A DNA stretch of 55,468 nucleotides, counting the filler, from Platydemus manokwari (lineage: Eukaryota): the NCBI GenBank assembly GCA_037951405.1. It is 5 parts of 5 records of this genome, joined end to end, with 100 filler letters (N's around TTAATTAATTAA, not from the genome) between each part and the next. Parts side by side here need not be neighbours in the genome. Positions count along the whole stretch, not along the records: positions 25,960 to 35,824 come from JBBMOY011195321.1; positions 35,925 to 45,967 come from JBBMOY011175211.1; 3 more parts are not named here. The stretch is one strand, 5' to 3'. The notes below the pieces were generated by a model. The model made no database searches. It saw only the letters and a program-made list of their open reading frames with translations, and had not been told where the DNA came from. Both the position numbers and the translations under genes were made by a program. Below are positions 28,560 to 42,853 of the stretch, in pieces. Numbering within the stretch: the first letter of the stretch is position 1; every line of letters starts with the position of its first letter.

Positions 28560-29460
28560 TTCATTTATTGCTGTAGTAACATAATAGAGATATACGTCCT
28601 AAATTCAATAAGTTCAATTTGTTCAATTTTCTATTTTGATCTTTTTTGGCTTTCGAGCTTCCATGTTTTCCTTCTACAACTGTCGAGATAACGATAAGTA
28701 ATGATCTTTACAGTTTATAGAAGAATTTGTGATTTTGTAAATAAATCTTAGTTTCTTCGGTGATCTTCATTATTTTATTGAAATACTCATCAATTTTAAA
28801 CATAGACGCATTAAAATCGGTTGTAAATCCATATCGGACCTGATATGCCATCTTAAATTGTCAAGAGCAATTTTAAATTAACGAAAATTATTGCACTAAT
28901 TGCGAATGATTTGTAAAATGTTTTTATTAACGGATGCATATTGTTTCAGTATGCTTTTTCATTTACAAGAAAATTTCCATATAAAAATTTTCTTCTGATC
29001 AGTATTGAAGTATTAATATAATCTACTAGTATAAAAGGGTTTTATTTTTTGTTAAAAGTAGCTTGCTCTCATTGACCATCGTCAAGAAACCAGGTGTGAC
29101 ATAACAAGGTAATAATAATTTAATTGTTTAATTTTTTCTAGCCGATAATAATAACAAAACTTTTGAAATCAATGCTTGGAAGCTTGACCAATATATGACA
29201 ACCTCTGACATGAGATTATTTTTTGAAGTTTGTTCCGACAGTCTTTATTAGACAAAATTAACCATAAATCCAAAACTCGTTTAACTACCAATTAAACTTA
29301 TTAACAATCATTTCTTTATCTGCACTTCACTTCAAAAAGTCTCATGAATCTTTGATGTCATCACCGAGAATCTTATATGTCATATTCCTAGACCAATTGA
29401 TAATTCACTTAAAATTGTTTTAAGTTCTCCATTTTCATCTACAAAGTGAACATTAATAGT
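28560..29460 (-). mobile_element. Decayed hAT-like transposase remnant
   Basis: TINVHFVDENGELKTILSEL near 29400-29460 and an RWSMRA (TRW-like) motif near 29070; frames are broken. Confidence 0.45.
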
Positions 29461-31156
29461 AAAAGAAATTTACTTCTATTTAATTAGCATCCTTAAATAA
29501 TTTTATAAATAAAAAAGTTGATAATTTAATAAAATAAAAAACTTTCAATTTTTGCGGCACCAAACCTGACTATTTTTAACATATTTTCTAAGATACTGGA
29601 TTCTTACCTTCGGCACCCCACCCCTATTCTAACCTGTATCAGTTATTGCATTTACAAATACATCAGTACATGCAGCAGTTTCATACATATTTCCAATGTT
29701 AGTAAAAATTGTCCAATAATACAATGTGAGGCAATTTTTTCAGACATTTAGAAACATCTAATCTAATTTATCTCACTGATTTTCAAATCTGCTAAGTTTA
29801 TATACCATTTAAAAAATTAAAAATGCATTTACGTTATAATCGATTTTAATTAAAATTAATTTTAATTTGAAAACGTCCGACCATCTATTTGAAATTGAAA
29901 TTTATTGATCAATTTGTTTACAAACAAGTATTTATTTAACAAATGATTTGGAATGTATTATATTTCAATTTAACTCTACCCTTTTCAAATATGTTTTGAG
30001 CTAAATAATAACATTTTAAATAAAGTTAACATTGTGTTAATCATATCTAAATTTAGTCGAGTATTTCTAGAAAAAATATAGGAATAGAAATACATGAAAG
30101 ATACTATGAATATATTAAGAAATCAATTTATGGTCGATTTGGAAACAAGTACATCACAAAATTGAGACAAATCTTTAGTGATATGAGGAAGCATAATAGA
30201 AGATGTCTAAGATCTAATTCAAATATTGATTTTTGTGAATAATTAATAACGTTAAGTAAATGATTATCATCGGTTTTGGATTTATCTTAATTTCAAAAGG
30301 CAATTGCTCCATAACCAAATGGCTAAGTCAATATATTTGTTAAAATATTCAAAGTAAATATTCAGTAAAAATGTGAAAAGGTTTATAATCACCTTTGAAA
30401 TGTATGAGAAAGAATGAATAATATTCCCAGCATCATTAATTAAAAATTTCTATAATTCGATATATGGAAGACAATATCAAAAGAAATTTTATAGTAAAAT
30501 AAGAAACAAAAATGATCTCAAACTAATGTACGGCAATAATAAATATTATATAGCAACGTAAAAGTTATTAATATTGTGCAAACAGCACTTTGTAAAACCA
30601 ATCAGTAACTTTTGCATGATCTATTCTGAGGTTTTCCAATTGAAATTAATAGATTTTAATAATAAAGGCTTGATTTTTATAACAATTCTATTGTAAAGGG
30701 ATTATATTTCTTTAATAAAATATCCTTAAGATGTTGTAGGAAATTTTAGAGTTCGTTAGGAAAGACAATCTCTGTTGTACGGTTCAAACTTAACAATAAT
30801 TTTTTTAACAATAATTTAGGGAAATTTGTTTGAATGAATTGAGAGAAAATAATTTGGACAAAATTTTAAATTCACATTTCACACAAAACGTTAACGAAAA
30901 GGCAGCACCTAACCTGGATTATTCAGCTTAATATTAATTAGATGTATTTAGATAAGTATAACCAAACAATTAGTGATCACCTAAGCCCCGAGTGACTTTA
31001 TTGGAAGAAAATCATTAATATAATTTATTAAACATATTTAGTATTTAATTATATTTTGTGCGTTCTAAATAGATTAATTAAAAATATTAAAATTAAAAAT
31101 ATTAATTAAAAATAAATGATTTGTTCAATCATTCAAGCATTATAATTGAAACATAT

Positions 31157-31187
<31 letters not shown>

Positions 31188-31468
31188 TTGTATTAATAAC
31201 AATTACAAGAAATGATGAGAATAACCCTTTTGTTTAAATAATAATCACAAATATAAATAAAAATTTGGAAAAATATTTAAAAATTAAAAAAAAATAATAA
31301 ATAACAAATTTCCAAATCAAATAGATGTCTTATCCAATGAAAAAATATCAAAATTAAACAGAATTTCATTTCAATTAATATTCAATAATAAATTAAACAT
31401 TGTTTGTACTGTAAATAATATTTTTATAATAAAAGATAAACATAACCAACGAAAACTTTATTATTTAC

Positions 31469-32716
31469 CTGAGTGATGAATTTATCCGATAACACACATG
31501 TTGATCCAAAATCTTTGGCATTCAATGTCATGTTTTCTTTGGTTTGTGAATCAAAACTGGGATTTTCTATCAAGCATTTTACAAATATCCACATATTCAT
31601 TTTCACTTGTGCTGGCTTCAATTTCACTGCTTGTTTATCGTTTTTGATTTTTTTCTTAGCAATTTCCAATAATTTCGCAGCAGCTTGGTCAGTCAAATAA
31701 TTGACATGCGTTCCACCTTTCGTTGTTGCTATACTATTTACAAAACTGACTTGTGTGAAACTATCATTGACACTTGTTGTCATTGCTACTTCCCAACGGT
31801 CTCCATACTTCTCATATATCACTTTCAACTCCTCACCACTATCCGTTGAACTTTTTGTGTATAATTCAACGTAATCTTTGAAGTTTTTAACTGGTATTTG
31901 TTGACCGTTAAGATGAACAGTGATACCATTTGTACACGCAGCTATATCAAATGCTCGACGACTAAATAATGCAATAATATTTTCATCGAGATGACTCATT
32001 CCAAATCTTTTTAAATCGGGATAAAACGTTACACAAGTGAAATCTTCTTTAGTGCTCTTTTCAATTATTGGATCGGTGCATGAACTCATATTTCCAGACC
32101 ATGTCTGGAAGTAAATAATTAATTTGTAGATAACATATCGATTTAAGTGAATACTTGCTTGAAGCTTTTGCCATACTCTTTACATGATGTTTCCAAAGTA
32201 AATTCCATACTAAAAATATTGCATAATTTTGCACCGTAACCATTTCTACCTCCTGTAACTTGTTTTTTCTCATCATTAAAGTTGGTTGAAGTTAATAATT
32301 GACCAAAAATCATAGTTGGGACTAGAACATTCGCATCTTTATGCATAACTACTGGTATCCCTTTTCCATTGTTCCATATTCTTATCATGTTTTTGTCCCT
32401 GTCAATATTAAATAGAATTGTTACTTACTTTTCAAACTAAGACATACGCATTAATATCGATTCGAATAGCAGACATTTTCGGATCCCTTATTTTATTATC
32501 AGACGAATTTACTAAAATCTCATCAAATATTTTGTATAGTGCTGGGTTATATGTAATTTTTTTTTCAATCATTGAACATTTTTCAAAATCATATACCCAC
32601 ATAACCTTCTCTTCATTTTTAATTGACCCAACATATGAATCTGGTCTAAGCAGTATATGCTCAAGTTGAGATTTTTTCTGATAAACTTTTTCAATTACAT
32701 TATCATCAGAAGACAT
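31469..32716 (-). CDS. TOP2: DNA topoisomerase II, 5' part only (GHKL ATPase plus transducer, about 383 codons)
   Basis: Exons 32716-32448, 32398-32155, 32104-31469. Motifs YQKKSQLEHILLRPDSYVGS, KIFDEILVNSSDN, WNNGKGIP, GGRNGYGAKLCNIFS, SFVNSIATTKGGTHV, IENPSFDSQTKENMT. Ends at donor CAG|gtaaat. Confidence 0.95.
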
Positions 32717-33392
32717 TTGCGCAAATAAAGATGTTCTTTGAAATGGTGGCTTTAGAATTTTAAAATTATATAAAATTAAAACAAGTATTAATAAAGGTTA
32801 TTTTCGTTATATTTTAGATTTAAGATACAAAATTAAAATAAAGTCAGCTGATATTCTTTGCTGATTGTTAACTATATATTTAAGGTTTCTGATTATTAAA
32901 TTATATTATTGTACCCTCATCTGTAATTCATCACTATTATAAGAAATATAATCAATTTTAAACACAGTTGAGAAGAAACCAATTATCATAACTAATTTAT
33001 TATTTACGATCCATTGAAATTAACAAGTAATTTTTTTAATATTTTTCTCTGAATACATACAAGCAATGATAATAAATATTTCGATTTCCAGTAAAACTTT
33101 TTAGAAATTATTTACGTAAATACTGGGCTCTCTAATTTAGACGGAATAGCCCTTAGCATACATGTTAGAATTGTGAAAATAAATTATAATTTTTTAGTTT
33201 GTAGGTGAAGTTTTTTTTAATTAGAATTGTAAACATCATAGAATATATATAAGATAATGATTCAACGTTTTTCTTAAACAATTTCTAACCAATAATTAGC
33301 CTGTGTTCAAAAAAGTTTGCTACACAATGTTTATATGATACATTGAGATTAGTTTAATTAAGTGCGAGTTATTCAGAATCAAGAGACCCAAA

Positions 33393-33393
<1 letters not shown>

Positions 33394-33431
<38 letters not shown>
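33394..33431. repeat. (TAT)n microsatellite
   Basis: About 12 perfect repeats. Confidence 0.9.
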
Positions 33432-35478
33432 TAGTTGTTCTCATTTTCTTTAAATATTTTTTATACTTTTATTCTTTTATTTATACTTTGTCGCAGATCT
33501 TTAGTTATTCCGATTTTAAATTCCTAAGACTTATAAAACCATAATCATGTTTGGAGTTTATTATAAAATATTATTATTACAAATAGTAATCACATCAAGC
33601 CAAAGTTAATCAAAGCCTTTAAAAATTCAAAAGATTCAATCAATTTTAAGATCCAATTGTTAAAATCCAAACCCACATTGACAATAAACAAATTACACCT
33701 ACAATCAGCATTACAGCCACAAAACATAATTACACATTAAAAATAACAAAAATCATATAAATAGTATTACGAAATTCTATAAATAGATCAACAATTAAAA
33801 ACAGAATTTTAAAAAATACTAAAAGATTATAAAAGTAGAAAAATCACTATTGGCAAGAAGAAGCAACAGAATCAGTATATAAAAACAACAACATTTAGAA
33901 AAATTCGCCAAAATTTTAATCACCGAAAAATTTAACCGAGAAAACAGCATTGCCAAGGGACAAGACAGCTAAGCTACAAAATCTCATTCGCTGAAAGCAT
34001 TTCACGAGAAGATAGACTAGACAAAGCAGGAGACTAGTAAACTGTGATCCATCAACTGCTCAGAAAGCATCTTATAGATCAGAATTTCACTTTGTTCGAG
34101 TTACCATCAACTACAGTTTAGTTGGAATTTCGTATCGTGTAGTTAGATTCAATACTAATTCAAATAATTTTCGTTTTTCCCATTGCTATTTACATAAGTT
34201 TTATTAATTATATGGTTAATCCCGCATCGTGAATCGGTTTCTCTGGTTAAGTGATGCAGTACCTCGTCAGTTCTTTGTTTACATACAATATATTATAATT
34301 TGGTTGTCACCCAAATTGTTGTATATTTTTGTTGTTACTTTATTTTTCTGATAATATATTTTCAGGTCACATCGTGTTATTCATATTTATGAATAATAAC
34401 TCATATTCATATTATATCTTTAACGAAGCTCAACGGATCTTTGGAGTCAGATTGAGAAGTAAGCACAACACCTCCACATCCACACTCACGGGAAATTACC
34501 ACAATCAAATGTAAAAGTTTAATATCAGTTTAAAAGTTTCCATATTGGATCAAATTTGGATAGTTGGATTGCATAACCAGTTAAAAATGGTTGGGTTGTG
34601 GAAGGTTGAGATGAAGATCTGCGAACATTTGACTTGTTCGAATTTAGAACCTGATTGATTGTTTGTTTGAAAGTGATTGTTTGGAAGATTGAGATTGAAA
34701 GATTGGGGTTGCGTCGAATATTTGGATATGTTTGGGTTTTATATTGGGTGTGATAAAGATTAAAAATATATATACAATCAAAATATTTAACAATAACAAA
34801 ATAATTACTTCACCATTCAATTCATGAGTTATGATTAGAATCTGCACAACTCATTATAGTTGTAACAATGTCAGTTGATCAAATTTTTAATTAAATACTT
34901 ATTTCCTCATTCTTGTGACATAATAATGTTAATTCGATATTGTAAAATGAAATAAAATCAAAATTTACATAATTATCAATGAAAACAATGTACATATATG
35001 ATATTGTATTTTAATATGATAAATGACCCGATTATACTTAATTCCTTTTCAGCATCAAGAATACAATTCATTATATTCAATATGATAATACTTAAAATAT
35101 AAATTCCCAAAGTTAATAATTTATATTATTTACGAGTCATATTCATGTGTGACTGTCTTTATGAGAATGTTTCTGTATTGAAATGCTTTGTTATCATGTT
35201 TAAATATATGTCTATTTTTGACAACAGAGATTTATACTTAGTTGTTTGTTCTTTGTTATAATTAAGAAACTTCCTCTATTCAACCTTTGTTTTAGACTTC
35301 CGTGGTACCGGTAAAGCAACTGCATTCAGATTAGTATATTCTCTCACTACCTATTTTGTGATAAGAACAGCACAATTTCAATTAGAGATTTAATGTTTTA
35401 GCTTCTGAGCTCTCCAAGATGAACTATTTAATACATGGTAAAGTTCTATTTATAACAAATTCAAACACTAAAGTGGTC

Positions 35479-35824
35479 TCAACTTTTCTTTTTTTTACCT
35501 TGTTCTTCCATTTCTTTAATTTCCTTGCGTTTTCTATTGATGTCATCTTTCGTATCTTGTCTTATCCTTTTTCTGATTTCCTTGGTTTGTTTCTTGTATG
35601 TTTCTCTTTGCTCGTCACTTCTCTGGGATTTTAACTTCCTCCTTTCTTGTATCATCTCCAAAGTTCTATCTGTGATGTATTCTCTTTTTGTCGTCTTCTC
35701 CTTAGGTATGTCCGCTTTTGCAGATTCCAATATTGTATCTCTTGTGCCAACTGGTGTCATCTCTTCTTGGTTGGCCATAAAGATGTTGAATCTTTACTAG
35801 CATCAACACTATATTCTATTGGTA
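35479..35824 (-). mobile_element. Non-LTR retrotransposon (RTE-like) ORF2 fragment
   Basis: KREYITDRTLEMIQERRKLK...YKKQTKEIRKRIRQD resembles the endonuclease-RT linker of RTE-clade LINEs; truncated, at contig end. Confidence 0.7.
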
Positions 35825-35924
35825 NNNNNNNNNNNNNNNNNNNNNNNNNNNNNNNNNNNNNNNNNNNNTTAATTAATTAANNNNNNNNNNNNNNNNNNNN
35901 NNNNNNNNNNNNNNNNNNNNNNNN
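35825..35924. other. Artificial contig linker
   Basis: 44N-TTAATTAATTAA-44N. Confidence 0.97.
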
Positions 35925-36390
35925 CAATCTGGTAGATGATTACATAAGAATATTAACAATCAAAATTATTAAAAATCAATTACACGGTGACAGTGATATA
36001 TTTAAACTTTTAGTACAAATAACAGATTAAATCCTTTTTCACAACTCGTTTAAACTTCAAAAGAAATACCCTTTTTCTTTAAACTCAAAACTCAAGAACC
36101 CCTGTGCAATAATATAGCGAGTTTATGTTAAATTTAGTCTATTCAAACAATAACTAATAATAAAATAATACAAATAATAATGAAATAATAATAATAAAAT
36201 AAATTTTCGAAATTGAATTTAACATGTTGTTTATTTGTTCATTCTTCTAATTTAGAAATTGCAGAACCTCTGGAGTGTTCTGGCGGTACGCTGGCTGAAA
36301 ACCACTGTGTTAAAGAACAAGCTATTTATATAATTTAATTTTGTTCCTTTGTTAATTATAATTTTTAATTTGAATTCTTCAATCATTTAG

Positions 36391-39300
36391 AATATCCTAA
36401 AATACAGGTGTTAAGCCTTTATACCAATTTACAAAAAAATATTAGTCAGAAAATTCTAACGACATATTTACCCCATGGTTTGAAAATACCATGTGTATCA
36501 AATGTACCTAGTCAGGTAATGTTTCAATGGCAAAAAGTGGCTGGAGTTCCAAATTTAGATTTTTCCAAAGGTCAAATATTAATAATAGGATTTGATTTCA
36601 CAACGAAGCTTGATGACTTAAAGATATTGAATGTCTATGCTTGCACTATGACTTACGTACTTGATCAACAAATTTATAATACCACTTCATACTACGATTT
36701 TTTTCTTCAAGGTTATTTACATAATATAAATTAATACAGTAGAAATTCATATGTGCACTTAAGTAATAAATCATAGATCTTTTATTTTTCCAGTTATGAT
36801 CTGCCGTTTGGTCAAATTTGTTTACCTTTTTGTTTATTATAAAAATGTGTTGTTATCTTTCTAATCACATTTTTCAAAGATTAATCGAAAACCTTAAGTA
36901 GCCGGAAAATCAATAAAGTAAGCTGGTATAAAATGAACAACAAAAATTTTGAAATTCCGTACTTCTTTATTAAAACAAACTCATAATGCCGACATGTTAT
37001 TTAAGTTAAATTATAGAACTTAGGAAGTCATTGATTTTAATTCTTATTTTAATAATAAATATTTCTTATATAGTTCTATTTGTCATAGTGATTTATAAAA
37101 TAACACAATTTTAATAAATTCTACTAATTTAAAAAGAACCTTTAAGTTTGCTGCAGATCAGATTGGAAAGATTAGTGGAAAAATATTATTTTCATATTCA
37201 CGGTTAAGATTATTTACAAGAATAAATTTATTAAGTTAATTATATTAAAAGAAAGTTATTAGAAATAAAATTTAATGCCGTCAAGAATTTAAGTAAATAT
37301 TTAAATATCATTTGAAAATTATATATAATCTTTTTAATTGAAAATCTAGTAAATTATAAAGTTTCAATCGGTGATGCACAAGACAATTACGATCGCACTG
37401 AATTTGATGCTGGCGAATCGGTTTATTGTAACGCGGAAAGGACTGTCTCGGTGGATAATAATGATCAAATTCTCTGGATCCAACCTGATGTTATTGTCAA
37501 TTTGGTAAATTCTACTGGTCAATTAATTCAACCCCCTGAAAAAGTGTTGACAATAATGTATATGGACAATTTACTACCACCAATCTCAGCATTCATAATT
37601 TGCACGATTCAAGGCTATGCTGTACAAATAAGAGAAATCTCAAAAATTCTCATCACAATATTGAGTAAATTTTTCCGAAAATTCTTATTGTAATTAATTT
37701 AGAATTTTAAAAAATTGGGAAATCAAAATGATTATTAATCATTATGAATTGTATGTATTTAATCATTGGCACGAATTGACAGCCAAATTTCCATGAAAAC
37801 GAAATTATATTTGAGCTTATTTTCAAATAAATCTAATGAGATAATACACGAACAATAAAAAATTGCCACATGATTAACGTTGACAATCGTGTCCTAAATT
37901 TCACCAAAATTGTGATTAAATATTAAAAATAATTTAATATGTAACCAAAGAATAAAATCAACTAATATAAATTTTAATTAATAAAGGATTATATAAATTT
38001 GAATGCAAATAAAAATCGATAGGCTTTATTAGCCCATTACAGGTACAATGTTGTACCCATATCAATGATGTTGATATACAGAAAAATGAGATGTAATTTA
38101 TGATTAATAATCGCGTTTATAGGAAATCTTGATGGATGTGTAACATTCACTGTTGGGAAATGGTTTTTTTACATTTCCTTAATTCATTTTAACAAATGAA
38201 ACTTTAAACCTTTTGGAATAAAAATGAATGGATTCATTGACTTCTAAGATATTTTCGGAATTTAAATTATGATTAATCTACAATGTTTTAATAATAATAA
38301 TAATAATAATTTTCGCAAATAGCTACTTCAAAATCTCAATTCAAATCAACTGCTCCTTTGATTGGTATGCATTGCTACCAATTTCAAGACAAAATATATA
38401 TATTTAAAAATTCATTAAAAACACTCCCATTATCTACACTCATTAAAACATCTGAATTGGTTGACTTCAGAAAAAATTACACTGTAACCTTGAGGACGCC
38501 GGTGGATCCATCATTTTGGTATTTTCTTGTTTGTATCTATTTGAAAAGGCTTCGGACTCCAATAATACTAGACATCGGAAGTAAGTGTAATGATTTATTT
38601 AATAGTAATTTGAAAAAAGAATTTTAAAATATACATTTTAGAATTATTATTATTGATTTAGTCAAGTATTTATATTTATTATAAAATATAAATAATTAAA
38701 TGATAAGTATTGGAAGTAGCTTCATTTTAATAGTTATCGTAATAATTGCAAATTCTAAAATAAACCATGCAAGCTGGCATAAATTAAATATGACAATTAT
38801 TTTTCTAATCAAAATAATTTCGAAAAAGTTTTTATCTTGAAAGAAAGTGGGTGATAGTTGACATCAAATGCCCCATAGTTTATTGGAGGATGCGAACACT
38901 ATCTATATACCTTGAAAAATATACTAAGCTTAAGAATTCAATCAAAAAAATGCTACCAAAATTGACAATCGAACTGCTCACCATCATTATACATTGGATT
39001 GCACCAAACAACAATCAAGTATTGAAGAAACTTAGCTTCGACCAGAAGGACATCAAACCAAATTACAGTCAAATGTATCTCGTCAAATATGAAAGGGGGT
39101 TTCCTATAGTCGGTGTCCATCTTGGAAAAAGTAGTGCAACCGGTTTAGTAGTAGATGATGTTATTGATAATAAGCCTGAGATCGAGCTTATAAATGGCCT
39201 CAATTAAATACGATGAGGATTAGTATGACTAATCGATACATCGCGGGTAGAATTTTATTAATCAATGACTTTTCAGCTAGTTTTACCTAAGGCCTTTCTC

Positions 39301-41106
39301 ATCAGTGAGAAGATGATGTTTAGAAAATTAAGAAGATTAATTGACAGACAGTGAATGAAAACTGGAATTTCAAAACAGGAACTTTGAAATATTATTCGGG
39401 ACATTTGTCGGAAGTTTTCTTTGAGAATTTTGTTGAATTAATAATTGATATTTTGTGAGAATAACGTCGAATAGTAGAGTTAATTATTTTTGTTAAGTTA
39501 ATTGGTAGTAGTTTTGTTAAAGAATTGAAATAAAGTCAATTTATTTGTGATTAATTTTGAATTCTGAAAGTCGTAACAAGTCTGACATAGGTGAGACACT
39601 GGTTCGATGTGAAACATTTTATCAATTTGTTTGGTCTTGATTCCGAATTACTAAATAATTACTGACTTCAAAAATCGAAGATTATAAGCTTTATTTCTAA
39701 CCTGCTTACTAATCACTACGCCTCAAAGCAACGCAGATACAATAAAACTTGATTTACAACTGAATCTCGTAATACTCAGCAGGACGCTAAGATTCGATAC
39801 AAAAAATGTAACCAAAACTTGGTTTCCAACTGACACTTTTGCCTAAAATGGATTCTTTTTATAATATCATCACACACAATATTAAATCGATTCATGTAAG
39901 CAATTTGTTCTAGAACATTCTATTAATTTTTAGTTTTTGATTTATCTAAATTTTTAATGGTTTTCTTTTCGAATTTTTCATAGAATGTTTATTTATTTTA
40001 CATCTACTTATTTGTACATATACGTGACGATAATTTTATAAGTAATTTTATCGAAGTAAGTTCTAGAATCAGAGTTGGAGTCAGATTATCAAGTTGATTA
40101 GTACCTAAAAGAACAATATTTTATTATTATTATACATATATGGCACAAAATTTTGGTCTTGAAATTTTAGAAAATTGCTGGATAAAGTGCTTTGATATCT
40201 ATATTAGATTATAAATTTCATGTCAAAACCAAAAGAAGATTCAAATCGAACAACTCAATTATCGAATAGTTTTTAGCAAAAATGCTTTGAAAACTTGCTT
40301 TAAGTAAACAAAAGGTTTCCAATAGTTCCTTAATTTCCTTATCATAGACTTTCATCTACCATAAGCAAATATAATGATTATTTAATAGTTGTTGTTAGCC
40401 ACTACTTTTTTAAAAACCACACATTAAAAACAAACTGAAAAGTCGAGCCACCAAAAATCTATTTAAACACAAATAAATTTAATTTTATATAAATATGATT
40501 TTATATAAAATTAGAATTAAATTAGAATTAAAAATTTAATTCATTTAAAATATCTCACAGTTATAAAATATAATACGATTAAAAATAATTCATTTGAATC
40601 TAGTTATCATGATTTATAATCCCCTATTCATAGAATAATCGGATATTTCCATACATTGTTTAAAACAAAAACATTTTATTGCAAACGTTAATTTTCTGTG
40701 CCTGTATTTATCCCGGTGAGGAAGACAGTATTTTCTAATATTCTTTATTAATATTAATTTAAACGGACTAGCCAATATGTTCAGCTTCAAGAAATAACAT
40801 CTTTCTCACTTTCAGAAAAATTGGTTCTTGCTATTCAAATAATCTTTCCGAATTACAATAGACCGATCCATCAACAAATGAAAGGTTTCATCTATTCATG
40901 TATAACCAAAAATCCCAATGTTAAAATTGAATGGATATGTGATAATTGTAAACCATCAGAATTTCAAAAAACTTATTCAAAATCGAATCACTTGGTACAA
41001 TATCTCGAAATTATTTCCGATATCGATTTAAAATTGAATTATACATGTCAGGCGATATTATATAGTAAAATTATTGCCAAAGAAACCTTGCCACTTACAA
41101 TTTATG
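36391..41106 (+). CDS. Unrecognised multi-exon protein with tandem divergent Ig-like domains (partial)
   Basis: Four phase-1/phase-1 exons: 36391-36711, 37350-37664, 38323-38580, 40816-41106. Each is 86-107 codons with a Cys pair; three show C...W...C spacing (IPC..FQWQK..YAC; VYC..ILWIQ..IIC; YSC..IEWIC..YTC). Confidence 0.7.
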
Positions 41107-42076
41107 GTGAATAATTGTTAAAAATTATTTTTAATTATTTTAGCTATTTTATTTATTTAATTTCAAATACGATTAAAAGTAATTATAACTTTAATATTTT
41201 ATAATAAAATCAATTAATAAATTATAAATTTTTCAATCATAATTATATCAGTTTGACAAGTCTGATGAAGCGTTAATAAAAATATTATTTGACTTATAAA
41301 TATCGTGTAATTATTATGTATTATATCCAAGAATTATTAAACAAAAATAAGAAAGATAGAGATATAATGACAAAATTACTTAACATAAAAGCGGGATATT
41401 CATTTGTAAGACACTTCATTTTCTGGTCTAAACATTACAATTTTGATTTTCATTTGTTGTTCGTGTTCTGGAATTGTATTGATAACTTTCTGAAATTACG
41501 TTTCGCAATGGGCTATTAGAGTATTTGTTCCTTTTTTATATTTTCATCAAACAGTTATGTGTAAGGCCCACAATTTATCACAGCCCGCGAATTTAATGAA
41601 ATGTCTAGTGATGTGTGTCCATTTAATAACCATCAAATTCAAAGATCTCTGATTGACTAGTGATAGCTTGTATCTTGCTTTACTGCGGTGTTTCCCTTTC
41701 AACATCTTTTTTAGTTTTCATGGAAATTTATTGGCCGAGTTGCATTTGACATTAGCCCAAAATGAACCTTAACTTTTAAAAATCTAACCAGTAGAGGATT
41801 TAGAGCTTTTCAGTCAGCCAAAAGCTAACGGCTTCTTATTTTTCAACTTCTAATTGTTGTCATAGAAGTTAAAGTATTCTTTTTAGAATGTGGGCTTAGT
41901 TAAATAATTTACAAATTATTCTTATTATTATATTTTTTTGCATTACGGTTACTGTTCACTGTTTCGCAGGTATAAAAAATATGTTAATGGATATATTCCA
42001 TATATTAAACAATAAAATTTTTTATTGGATCTGTAATAGAAGTCTACTTCATTATTATAATTTTATATCTTATTAG

Positions 42077-42853
42077 AATATAAATTAGAAATCCTTATTC
42101 CTTTATTATTTTTATTCTCAACTAGGTAACACATTCGTACAATTAATAAAGCCAATGTATTTTTACAGCCTTGGTGATCCAGTAATGTGTTTCGGAAGAA
42201 GTAAAAATGCACTTAAACGAGCTTATATTCCGTTACCAGCGATAATTTTTGTGACAGATCCATTGATTGTTAGAGAAATATTATCCAACCAAAGCTTTGA
42301 TCCATATAATAGAGACACTTGGAATCCGAAAATTCCATCATATTCAGAATTGGATTACAAAAACCAAGAATTGTCATTTAGTGCTTGCTGCTTAAAATAT
42401 TATATAAATAATTCATCGTGCAGCCCTGTGATCAATTTCGAGGTAATAGGTTAGTAAAGATTCTTGTTTTAGTTCAAGATTGAAAACTTAATGTAGTTAA
42501 TTATACATTCAAGTATAATTATGATATTCCGGCTGAAATTATTTATCCCGGTAATATTATTAAATGTTGTATTTTACGGAAAAATTCTATGGAGCCAAGA
42601 AAAACATCTTGGACTGGAGATTCAGCCAACGATTGCTTACCAGCAAGGATATTGTTTTATGTAAATCGAGATCGATCAGCAACGCCTGAGAATCCTGGAA
42701 CTCTTTTATTTGATGAAACACACGTAAAGGTTCCTAATTCGTTTGAAGAAGTTGATATAACACGATCAGTAGTATTTGTGAAATGTTATTCTGATGAATT
42801 CAGACGAAAGAATGGCGATTTAACGGCCAGTGCTATTCAATTAAGTATCAAAT
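42077..42853 (+). CDS. Putative secreted or surface protein: signal-peptide-like exon plus two Cys-containing domain exons
   Basis: Exons about 42077-42125 (ILIPLLFLFSTS), 42169-42449 and 42497-42853 splice in frame through short GT-AG introns. Start codon not located. Possible further phase-1 exon at 43495-43838. Confidence 0.6.

Noticed and set aside
36262-36310. hAT-like terminal sequence (TGAAAACCACTG)
   Set aside because: No matching opposite end or target-site duplication found.
38851-39207. 118-aa ORF within the Ig-like gene region
   Set aside because: Lacks the Cys pair and phase-1 splice pattern of the other exons; probably repeat-derived.
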